Shown here in pieces: positions 11,651 to 24,699 of a stretch of DNA of 64,000 nucleotides. This DNA is from Eledone cirrhosa (Eukaryota): contig OZ024745.1 of assembly GCA_964016885.1 (NCBI GenBank), forward strand, positions 91,760,001 through 91,824,000, in the 5' to 3' direction. How positions within the stretch are numbered: position 1 is the first letter of the stretch; each line of letters opens with the position of its first letter. A program made the translations under genes and the position numbers. The notes under the pieces are model-generated. The model had not been told where the DNA came from. It made no database searches and saw only the letters and a list, made by a program, of their open reading frames with translations.

Positions 11651-13789
11651 ACAGCTCCACTAGATACAGTAAGTTAATTTACTCTGTCTGAGTATCAAAT
11701 AGCTCCACTAGATACAGTAAGTTATATTACTCTGTCTGAGTATCAAACAGCTCCACTAGATACAGTAAGTTATATTACTCTGTCTGAGTATCAAACAGCT
11801 CCACTAGATACAGTAAGTTATGTTACTCTGTCTGAGTATCAAACAGCTCCACTACATACAGTAAGTTATATTACTCTGCCTGAGTATCAAACAGCTCCAC
11901 TAGATACAGTAAGTTATATTACCCTGTCTGAGTATCAAACAGCTCCACTAGATACAGTAAGTTATGTTACTCTGTCTGAGTATCAAACAGCTCCACTACA
12001 TACAGTAAGTTATATTACTCTGCCTGAGTATCAAACAGCTCCACTAGATACAGTAAGTTAATTTACTCTGTCTGAGTATCAAATAGCTCCACTAGATACA
12101 GTAAGTTATATTACTCTGCCTGAGTATCAAACAGCTCCACTAGATACAGTAAGTTATATTACTCTGTCTGAGTATCAAACAGCTCCACTAGATACAGTAA
12201 GTTATATTACTCTGCCTGAGTATCAAACAGCTCCACTAGATACAGTAAGTTATATTACTCTGCATGAGTATCAAACGGCTCCACTAGATACAGTAAGTTA
12301 TATTACTCTGTCTGAATATCAAACAGCTCCACTACATACAGTAAGTTATATTACTCTGCCTGAGTATCAAACGGCTCCACTAGATACAGTAAGTTATATT
12401 ACTCTGCCTGAGTATCAAACAGCTCCCCTATATACAGTAAGTTATATTACTCTGCCTGAGTATCAAACAGCTCCACTAGATACAGTAAGTTATATTACTC
12501 TGCCTGAGTATCAAGCAGCTCCACTACATACAGTAAGTTATATTACTCTGCCTGAGTATCAAACAGCTCCACTAGATACAGTAAGTTATATTACTCTGCC
12601 TGAGTATCAAACAGCTCCCCTAGATACAGTAAGTTATATTACTCTGTCTGAGTATCAAACAGCTCCACTAGATACAGTAAGTTATATTACTCTGTCTGAG
12701 TATCAAACAGCTCCACTAGATACAGTAAGTTATATTACTCTGTCTGAGTATCAAACAGCTCCACTAGATACAGTAAGTTATATTACTCTGTCTGAGTATC
12801 AAACAGCTCCACTAGATACAGTAAGTTATATTACTCTGCCTGAGTATCAACCAGCTCCACTAGATACAGTAAGTTATATTACTCTGCCTGAGTATCAAAC
12901 AGCTCCACTAGATACAGTAAGTTATATTACTCTGTCTGAGTATCAAACAGCTCCACTAGATACAGTAAGTTATATTACTCTGCCTGAGTATCAAACAGCT
13001 CCACTAGATACAGTAAGTTATATTACTCTGCCTGAGTATCAAACAGCTCCCTTAGATACAGTAAGTTATATTACTCTGCCTGAGTATCAAACAGCTCCAC
13101 TAGATACAGTAAGTTATATTACTCTGTCTGAGTATCAAACAGCTCCACTAGATACAGTAAGTTATATTACTCTGCCTGAGTATCAAACAGCTCCACTAGA
13201 TACAGTAAGTTATATTACTCTGCCTGAGTATCAAACAGCTCCACTAGATACAGTAAGTTATATTACTCTGCCTGAGTATCAAACAGCTCTACTACATACA
13301 GTAAGTTATATTACTCTGCCTGAGTATCAAACAGCTCCACTAGATACAGTAAGTTATATTACTCTGCCTGAGTATCAAACAGCTCCACTACATACAGTAA
13401 GTTATATTACTCTGCCTGAGTATCAAACAGCTCCACTAGATACAGTAAGTTATATTACACTGCCTGAGTATCAAACAGCTCCACTAGGTACAGTAAGTTA
13501 TATTACTCTGCCTGAGTATCAAACAGTTCCACTAGATGCAGTAAGTTATATTACTCTGCCTGAGTATCAAACAACTCCACTAGATACAGTAAGTTATATT
13601 ACTCTGTCTGAGTATCAAACAGCTCCACTAGATACAGTAAGTTATATTACTCTGCCTGAGTATCAAACAGCTCCCCTATATACAGTAAGTTATATTACTC
13701 TGCCTGAGTATCAAACAGCTCCACTAGATACAGTAAGTTATATTACTCTGCCTGAGTATCAAGCAGCTCCACTACATACAGTAAGTTAT

Positions 13790-16700
13790 ATTACTCTGCC
13801 TGAGTATCAAACAGCTCCACTAGATACAGTAAGTTATATTACTCTGCCTGAGTATCAAACAGCTCCCTTAGATACAGTAAGTTATATTACTCTGCCTGAG
13901 TATCAAACAGCTCCACTAGATACAGTAAGTTATATTACTCTGTCTGAGTATCAAACAGCTCCACTAGATACAGTAAGTTATATTACTCTGCCTGAGTATC
14001 AAACAGCTCTACTACATACAGTAAGTTATATTACTCTGCCTGAGTATCAAACAGCTCCACTAGATACAGTAAGTTATATTACTCTGCCTGAGTATCAAAC
14101 AGCTCCACTACATACAGTAAGTTATATTACTCTGCCAGAGTATCAAACAGCTCCACTAGATACAGTAAGTTATATTACTCTGCCTGAGTATCAAACAGCT
14201 CCACTAGATACAGTAAGTTATATTACTCTGTCTGAGTATCAAACAGCTCCACTAGATACAGTAAGTTATATTACTCTGCCTGAGTATCAAACAGCTCCCC
14301 TATATACAGTAAGTTATATTACTCTGCCTGAGTATCAAACAGCTCCACTAGATACAGTTAGTTATATTACTCTGCCTGAGTATCAAGCAGCTCCAATACA
14401 TACAGTAAGTTATATTACTCTGCCTGAGTATCAAACAGCTCCACTAGATACAGTAAGTTATATTACTCTGCCTGAGTATCAAACAGCTCCACTAGATACA
14501 GTAAGTTATATTACTCTGTCTGAGTATCAAACAGCTCCACTAGATACAGTAAGTTATATTACTCTGCCTGAGTATCAAACAGCTCCACTAGATACAGTAA
14601 GTTATATTACTCTGCCTGAGTATCAAACAGCTCCACTAGATACAGTAAGTTATATTACTCTGTCTGAGTATCAAACAGCTCCACTAGATACAGTAAGTTA
14701 TATTACTCTGCCTGAGTATCAAACAGCTCTACTACATACAGTAAGTTATATTACTCTGCCTGAGTATCAAACAGCTCCACTAGATACAGTAAGTTATATT
14801 ACTCTGCCTGAGTATCAAACAGCTCCACTACATACAGTAAGTTATATTACTCTGCCTGAGTATCAAACAGCTCCACTAGATACAGTAAGTTATATTACAC
14901 TGCCTGAGTATCAAACAGCTCCACTAGGTACAGTAAGTTATATTACTCTGCCTGAGTATCAAACAGTTCCACTAGATGCAGTAAGTTATATTACTCTGCC
15001 TGAGTATCAAACAGCTCCACTAGATACAGTAAGTTATATTACTCTGTCTGAGTATCAAACAGCTCCACTAGATACAGTAAGTTATATTACTCTGCCTGAG
15101 TATCAAACAGCTCCACTAGATACAGTAAGTTATATTACTCTGTCTGAGTATCAAACAGCTCCACTAGATACAGTAAGTTATATTACTCTGTCTGAGTATC
15201 AAACAGCTCCACTAGATACAGTAAGTTATATTACTCTGACTGAGTATCAAACAGCTCCACTAGATACAGTAAGTTATATTACTCTGCCTGAGTATTAAAC
15301 AGCTCCACTAGATACGGTAAGTTAATTTACTCTGTCTGAGTATCAAATAGCTCCACTAGATACAGTAAGTTATATTACTCTGTCTGAGTATCAAACAGCT
15401 CCACTAGATACAGTAAGTTATATTACTCTGTCTGAGTATCAAATAGCTCCACTAGATACAGTAAGTTATATTACTCTGCCTGAGTATCAAACAGCTCCAC
15501 TAGATACAGTAAGTTATATTACTCTGTCTGAGTATCAAACAGCTCCACTAGATACAGTAAGTTATATTACTCTGCCTGAGTATCAAACAGCTCCACTAGA
15601 TACAGTAAGTTATATTACTCTGCCTGAGTATCAAACAGCTCCCTTAGATACAGTAAGTTATATTACTCTGCCTGAGTATCAAACAGCTCCACTAGATACA
15701 GTAAGTTATATTACTCTGTCTGAGTATCAAACAGCTCCACTAGATACAGTAAGTTATATTACTCTGCCTGAGTATCAAACAGCTCTACTACATACAGTAA
15801 GTTATATTACTCTGCCTGAGTATCAAACAGCTCCACTAGATACAGTAAGTTATATTACTCTGCCTGAGTATCAAACAGCTCCACTACATACAGTAAGTTA
15901 TATTACTCTGCCAGAGTATCAAACAGCTCCACTAGATACAGTAAGTTATATTACTCTGCCTGAGTATCAAACAGCTCCACTAGATACAGTAAGTTATATT
16001 ACTCTGTCTGAGTATCAAACAGCTCCACTAGATACAGTAAGTTATATTACTCTGCCTGAGTATCAAACAGCTCCCCTATATACAGTAAGTTATATTACTC
16101 TGCCTGAGTATCAAACAGCTCCACTAGATACAGTTAGTTATATTACTCTGCCTGAGTATCAAGCAGCTCCAATACATACAGTAAGTTATATTACTCTGCC
16201 TGAGTATCAAACAGCTCCACTAGATACAGTAAGTTATATTACTCTGCCTGAGTATCAAACAGCTCCACTAGATACAGTAAGTTATATTACTCTGTCTGAG
16301 TATCAAACAGCTCCACTAGATACAGTAAGTTATATTACTCTGCCTGAGTATCAAACAGCTCCACTAGATACAGTAAGTTATATTACTCTGCCTGAGTATC
16401 AAACAGCTCCACTAGATACAGTAAGTTATATTACTCTGTCTGAGTATCAAACAGCTCCACTAGATACAGTAAGTTATATTACTCTGCCTGAGTATCAAAC
16501 AGCTCTACTACATACAGTAAGTTATATTACTCTGCCTGAGTATCAAACAGCTCCACTAGATACAGTAAGTTATATTACTCTGCCTGAGTATCAAACAGCT
16601 CCACTACATACAGTAAGTTATATTACTCTGCCTGAGTATCAAACAGCTCCACTAGATACAGTAAGTTATATTACACTGCCTGAGTATCAAACAGCTCCAC

Positions 16701-17216
16701 TAGGTACAGTAAGTTATATTACTCTGCCTGAGTATCAAACAGTTCCACTAGATGCAGTAAGTTATATTACTCTGCCTGAGTATCAAACAACTCCACTAGA
16801 TACAGTAAGTTATATTACTCTGTCTGAGTATCAAACAGCTCCACTAGATACAGTAAGTTATATTACTCTGCCTGAGTATCAAACAGCTCCACTAGATACA
16901 GTAAGTTATATTACTCTGTCTGAGTATCAAACAGCTCCACTAGATACAGTAAGTTATATTACTCTGTCTGAGTATCAAACAGCTCCACTAGATACAGTAA
17001 GTTATATTACTCTGACTGAGTATCAAACAGCTCCACTAGATACAGTAAGTTATATTACTCTGCCTGAGTATTAAACAGCTCCACTAGATACGGTAAGTTA
17101 ATTTACTCTGTCTGAGTATCAAATAGCTCCACTAGATACAGTAAGTTATATTACTCTGTCTGAGTATCAAACAGCTCCACTAGATACAGTAAGTTATATT
17201 ACTCTGTCTGAGTATC
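13790..17216. repeat. Tandem block duplication, period 1776 bp (37 monomers)
   Basis: Markers at offset 1776: CCCTTAG 13868/15644, the rare GCCAGAG 14137/15913, CAGTTAG 14359/16135, TATTAAA 15296/17072. Confidence 0.9.
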
Positions 17217-17249
17217 AAACAGCTCCACTAGATACAGTAAGTTATATTA

Positions 17250-20200
17250 CTCTGCCTGAGTATCAAACAGCTCCACTAGATACAGTAAGTTATATTACTC
17301 TGTCTGAGTATCAAACAGCTCCACTAGATACAGTAAGTTATATTACTCTGCCTGAGTATCAAACAGCTCCACTAGATACAGTAAGTTATATTACTCTGCC
17401 TGAGTATCAAACGGCTCCACTAGATACAGTAAGTTATATTACTCTGTCTGAATATCAAACAGCTCCACTACATACAGTAAGTTATATTACTCTGCCTGAG
17501 TATCAAACGGCTCCACTAGATACAGTAAGTTATATTACTCTGCCTGAGTATCAAACAGCTCCCCTATATACAGTAAGTTATATTACTCTGCCTGAGTATC
17601 AAACAGCTCCACTAGATACAGTAAGTTATATTACTCTGCCTGAGTATCAAGCAGCTCCACTACATACAGTAAGTTATATTACTCTGCCTGAGTATCAAAC
17701 AGCTCCACTAGATACAGTAAGTTATATTACTCTGCCTGAGTATCAAACAGCTCCCCTAGATACAGTAAGTTATATTACTCTGTCTGAGTATCAAACAGCT
17801 CCACTAGATACAGTAAGTTATATTACTCTGTCTGAGTATCAAACAGCTCCACTAGATACAGTAAGTTATATTACTCTGTCTGAGTATCAAACAGCTCCAC
17901 TAGATACAGTAAGTTATATTACTCTGTCTGAGTATCAAACAGCTCCACTAGATACAGTAAGTTATATTACTCTGCCTGAGTATCAAACAGCTCCACTAGA
18001 TACAGTAAGTTATATTACTCTGCCTGAGTATCAAACAGCTCCACTAGATACAGTAAGTTATATTACTCTGTCTGAGTATCAAACAGCTCCACTAGATACA
18101 GTAAGTTATATTACTCTGCATGAGTATCAAACAGCTCCACTAGATACAGTAAGTTATATTACTCTGCCTGAGTATCAAACAGCTCCACTAGATACAGTAA
18201 GTTATATTACTCTGTCTGAGTATCAAACAGCTCCACTAGATACAGTAAGTTATATTACTCTGCCTGAGTATCAAACAGCTCCACTAGGTACAGTAAGTTA
18301 TATTACTCTGTCTGAGTATCAAACAGCTCCCCTAGATACAGTAAGTTATATTACTCTGTCTGAGTATCAAACATCTCCCCTAGATACAGTAAGTTATATT
18401 ACTCTGCCTGAGTATCAGACAGCTCCACTAGATACAGTAAGTTATATTACTCTGTCTGAGTATCAAACAGCTCCACTAGATACAGTAAGTTATATTGCTC
18501 TGTCTGAGTATCAAACACCTCCACTAGATACAGTAAGTTATATTACTCTGTCTGAGTATCAAACTGCTCCACTAGATACAGTAAGTTATATTACTCTGTC
18601 TGATTATCAAACAGCTCCACTACATACAGTAAGTTATATTACTCTGCCTGAGTATCAAACAGCTCCACTACATACAGTAAGTTATATTACTCTGCCTGAG
18701 TATCAAACAGCTCCACTAGATACAGTAAGTTATATTACTCTGTCTGTGTATCAAACACCTCCACTAGATACAGTAAGTTAAATTACTCTGCCTGAGTATC
18801 AAACAGCTCCACTAGATACAGTAAGTTATATTACTCTGTCTGAGTATCAAACAGCTCCACTAGATACAGTAAGTTATATTACTCTGCCTGAGTATCAAAC
18901 AGCTCCACTAGATACAGTAAGTTATATTACTCTGCCTGAGTATCAAACAGCTCCACTAGATACAGTAAGTTATATTACTCTGTCTGAGTATCAAACAGCT
19001 CCACTAGATACAGTAAGTTATATTACTCTGCCTGAGTATCAAACAGCTCCACTAGATACAGTAAGTTATATTACTCTGCCTGAGTATCAAACAGCTCCAC
19101 TAGATACAGTAAGTTATATTACTCTGTCTGAGTATCAAACAGCTCCACTAGATACAGTAAGTTATATTACTCTGCCTGAGTATCAAACAGCTCCACTAGG
19201 TACAGTAAGTTATATTACTCTGTCTGAGTATCAAACAGCTCCCCTAGATACAGTAAGTTATATTACTCTGTCTGAGTATCAAACATCTCCCCTAGATACA
19301 GTAAGTTATATTACTCTGCCTGAGTATCAGACAGCTCCACTAGATACAGTAAGTTATATTACTCTGTCTGAGTATCAAACAGCTCCACTAGATACAGTAA
19401 GTTATATTGCTCTGTCTGAGTATCAAACACCTCCACTAGATACAGTAAGTTATATTACTCTGTCTGAGTATCAAACTGCTCCACTAGATACAGTAAGTTA
19501 TATTACTCTGTCTGATTATCAAACAGCTCCACTACATACAGTAAGTTATATTACTCTGCCTGAGTATCAAACAGCTCCACTACATACAGTAAGTTATATT
19601 ACTCTGCCTGAGTATCAAACAGCTCCACTAGATACAGTAAGTTATATTACTCTGTCTGTGTATCAAACACCTCCACTAGATACAGTAAGTTAAATTACTC
19701 TGCCTGAGTATCAAACAGCTCCACTAGATACAGTAAGTTATATTACTCTGTCTGAGTATCAAACAGCTCCACTAGATACAGTAAGTTATATTACTCTGCC
19801 TGAGTATCAAACAGCTCCACTAGATACAGTAAGTTATATTACTCTGTCTGAGTATCAAACAGCTCCACTAGATACAGTAAGTTATATTACTCTGCCTGAG
19901 TATCAAACAGCTCCACTAGATACAGTAAGTTATATTACTCTGTCTGAGTATCAAACAGCTCCACTAGATACAGTAAGTTATATTACTCTGTCTGAGTATC
20001 AAACAGCTCCACTAGATACAGTAAGTTATATTACTCTGACTGAGTATCAAACAGCTCCACTAGATACAGTAAGTTATATTACTCTGCCTGAGTATTAAAC
20101 AGCTCCACTAGATACAGTAAGTTAATTTACTCTGTCTGAGTATCAAATAGCTCCACTAGATACAGTAAGTTATATTACTCTGTCTGAGTATCAAACAGCT

Positions 20201-22800
20201 CCACTAGATACAGTAAGTTATATTACTCTGTCTGAGTATCAAACAGCTCCACTAGATACAGTAAGTTATGTTACTCTGTCTGAGTATCAAACAGCTCCAC
20301 TACATACAGTAAGTTATATTACTCTGCCTGAGTATCAAACAGCTCCACTAGATACAGTAAGTTATATTACCCTGTCTGAGTATCAAACAGCTCCACTAGA
20401 TACAGTAAGTTATGTTACTCTGTCTGAGTATCAAACAGCTCCACTACATACAGTAAGTTATATTACTCTGCCTGAGTATCAAACAGCTCCACTAGATACA
20501 GTAAGTTAATTTACTCTGTCTGAGTATCAAATAGCTCCACTAGATACAGTAAGTTATATTACTCTGCCTGAGTATCAAACAGCTCCACTAGATACAGTAA
20601 GTTATATTACTCTGCCTGAGTATCAAACAGCTCCACTAGATACAGTAAGTTATATTACTCTGTCTGAGTATCAAACAGCTCCACTAGATACAGTAAGTTA
20701 TATTACTCTGCCTGAGTATCAAACAGCTCCACTAGATACAGTAAGTTATATTACTCTGCATGAGTATCAAACGGCTCCACTAGATACAGTAAGTTATATT
20801 ACTCTGTCTGAATATCAAACAGCTCCACTACATACAGTAAGTTATATTACTCTGCCTGAGTATCAAACGGCTCCACTAGATACAGTAAGTTATATTACTC
20901 TGCCTGAGTATCAAACAGCTCCCCTATATACAGTAAGTTATATTACTCTGCCTGAGTATCAAACAGCTCCACTAGATACAGTAAGTTATATTACTCTGTC
21001 TGAGTATCAAACAGCTCCACTAGATACAGTAAGTTATATTACTCTGCCTGAGTATCAAACAGCTCCACTAGATACAGTAAGTTATATTACTCTGTCTGAG
21101 TATCAAACAGCTCCACTAGATACAGTAAGTTATATTACTCTGCCTGAGTATCAAACAGCTCCACTAGATACAGTAAGTTATATTACTCTGCCTGAGTATC
21201 AAACGGCTCCACTAGATACAGTAAGTTATATTACTCTGTCTGAATATCAAACAGCTCCACTACATACAGTAAGTTATATTACTCTGCCTGAGTATCAAAC
21301 GGCTCCACTAGATACAGTAAGTTATATTACTCTGCCTGAGTATCAAACAGCTCCCCTATATACAGTAAGTTATATTACTCTGCCTGAGTATCAAACAGCT
21401 CCACTAGATACAGTAAGTTATATTACTCTGCCTGAGTATCAAGCAGCTCCACTACATACAGTAAGTTATATTACTCTGCCTGAGTATCAAACAGCTCCAC
21501 TAGATACAGTAAGTTATATTACTCTGCCTGAGTATCAAACAGCTCCCCTAGATACAGTAAGTTATATTACTCTGTCTGAGTATCAAACAGCTCCACTAGA
21601 TACAGTAAGTTATATTACTCTGTCTGAGTATCAAACAGCTCCACTAGATACAGTAAGTTATATTACTCTGTCTGAGTATCAAACAGCTCCACTAGATACA
21701 GTAAGTTATATTACTCTGTCTGAGTATCAAACAGCTCCACTAGATACAGTAAGTTATATTACTCTGCCTGAGTATCAAACAGCTCCACTAGATACAGTAA
21801 GTTATATTACTCTGCCTGAGTATCAAACAGCTCCACTAGATACAGTAAGTTATATTACTCTGTCTGAGTATCAAACAGCTCCACTAGATACAGTAAGTTA
21901 TATTACTCTGCATGAGTATCAAACAGCTCCACTAGATACAGTAAGTTATATTACTCTGCCTGAGTATCAAACAGCTCCACTAGATACAGTAAGTTATATT
22001 ACTCTGTCTGAGTATCAAACAGCTCCACTAGATACAGTAAGTTATATTACTCTGCCTGAGTATCAAACAGCTCCACTAGGTACAGTAAGTTATATTACTC
22101 TGTCTGAGTATCAAACAGCTCCCCTAGATACAGTAAGTTATATTACTCTGTCTGAGTATCAAACATCTCCCCTAGATACAGTAAGTTATATTACTCTGCC
22201 TGAGTATCAGACAGCTCCACTAGATACAGTAAGTTATATTACTCTGTCTGAGTATCAAACAGCTCCACTAGATACAGTAAGTTATATTGCTCTGTCTGAG
22301 TATCAAACACCTCCACTAGATACAGTAAGTTATATTACTCTGTCTGAGTATCAAACTGCTCCACTAGATACAGTAAGTTATATTACTCTGTCTGATTATC
22401 AAACAGCTCCACTACATACAGTAAGTTATATTACTCTGCCTGAGTATCAAACAGCTCCACTACATACAGTAAGTTATATTACTCTGCCTGAGTATCAAAC
22501 AGCTCCACTAGATACAGTAAGTTATATTACTCTGTCTGTGTATCAAACACCTCCACTAGATACAGTAAGTTAAATTACTCTGCCTGAGTATCAAACAGCT
22601 CCACTAGATACAGTAAGTTATATTACTCTGTCTGAGTATCAAACAGCTCCACTAGATACAGTAAGTTATATTACTCTGCCTGAGTATCAAACAGCTCCAC
22701 TAGATACAGTAAGTTATATTACTCTGCCTGAGTATCAAACAGCTCCACTAGATACAGTAAGTTATATTACTCTGTCTGAGTATCAAACAGCTCCACTAGA
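17250..22800. repeat. Block duplication at offset 3792 bp (79 monomers), with a nested 912-bp (19-monomer) tandem duplication
   Basis: GAATATC 17452/21244, CTGCATGAG 18120/21912 and TCAGAC 18418/22210 all lie at offset 3792. TCAGAC also recurs at 18418/19330 (offset 912) and 22210/22834 (offset 624, 13 units). Edges are approximate. Confidence 0.82.
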
Positions 22801-24699
22801 TACAGTAAGTTATATTACTCTGCCTGAGTATCAGACAGCTCCACTAGATACAGTAAGTTATATTACTCTGTCTGAGTATCAAACAGCTCCACTAGATACA
22901 GTAAGTTATATTGCTCTGTCTGAGTATCAAACACCTCCACTAGATACAGTAAGTTATATTACTCTGTCTGAGTATCAAACTGCTCCACTAGATACAGTAA
23001 GTTATATTACTCTGTCTGATTATCAAACAGCTCCACTACATACAGTAAGTTGTATTACTCTGCCTGAGTATCAAACAGCTCCACTACATACAGTAAGTTA
23101 TATTACTCTGCCTGAGTATCAAACAGCTCCACTAGATACAGTAAGTTATATTACTCTGTCTGTGTATCAAACACCTCCACTAGATACAGTAAGTTAAATT
23201 ACTCTGCCTGAGTATCAAACAGCTCCACTAGATACAGTAAGTTATATTACTCTGTCTGAGTATCAAACAGCTCCACTAGATACAGTAAGTTATATTACTC
23301 TGCCTGAGTATCAAACAGCTCCACTAGATACAGTAAGTTATATTACTCTGTCTGAGTATCAAACAGCTCCACTAGATACAGTAAGTTATATTACTCTGCC
23401 TGAGTATCAAACAGCTCCACTAGATACAGTAAGTTATATTACTCTGTCTGAGTATCAAACAGCTCCACTAGATACAGTAAGTTATATTACTCTGTCTGAG
23501 TATCAAACAGCTCCACTAGATACAGTAAGTTATATTACTCTGACTGAGTATCAAACAGCTCCACTAGATACAGTAAGTTATATTACTCTGCCTGAGTATT
23601 AAACAGCTCCACTAGATACAGTAAGTTAATTTACTCTGTCTGAGTATCAAATAGCTCCACTAGATACAGTAAGTTATATTACTCTGTCTGAGTATCAAAC
23701 AGCTCCACTAGATACAGTAAGTTATATTACTCTGTCTGAGTATCAAACAGCTCCACTAGATACAGTAAGTTATGTTACTCTGTCTGAGTATCAAACAGCT
23801 CCACTACATACAGTAAGTTATATTACTCTGCCTGAGTATCAAACAGCTCCACTAGATACAGTAAGTTATATTACCCTGTCTGAGTATCAAACAGCTCCAC
23901 TAGATACAGTAAGTTATGTTACTCTGTCTGAGTATCAAACAGCTCCACTACATACAGTAAGTTATATTACTCTGCCTGAGTATCAAACAGCTCCACTAGA
24001 TACAGTAAGTTAATTTACTCTGTCTGAGTATCAAATAGCTCCACTAGATACAGTAAGTTATATTACTCTGCCTGAGTATCAAACAGCTGCACTAGATACA
24101 GTAAGTTATATTACTCTGTCTGAGTATCAAACAGCTCCACTAGATACAGTAAGTTATATTACTCTGCCTGAGTATCAAACAGCTCCACTAGATACAGTAA
24201 GTTATATTACTCTGCATGAGTATCAAACGGCTCCACTAGATACAGTAAGTTATATTACTCTGTCTGAATATCAAACAGCTCCACTACATACAGTAAGTTA
24301 TATTACTCTGCCTGAGTATCAAACGGCTCCACTAGATACAGTAAGTTATATTACTCTGCCTGAGTATCAAACAGCTCCCCTATATACAGTAATTTATATT
24401 ACTCTGCCTGAGTATCAAACAGCTCCACTAGATACAGTAAGTTATATTACTCTGCCTGAGTATCAAGCAGCTCCACTACATACAGTAAGTTATATTACTC
24501 TGCCTGAGTATCAAACAGCTCCACTAGATACAGTAAGTTATATTACTCTGCCTGAGTATCAAACAGCTCCCCTAGATACAGTAAGTTATATTACTCTGTC
24601 TGAGTATCAAACAGCTCCACTAGATACAGTAAGTTATATTACTCTGTCTGAGTATCAAACAGCTCCACTAGATACAGTAAGTTATATTACTCTGTCTGA

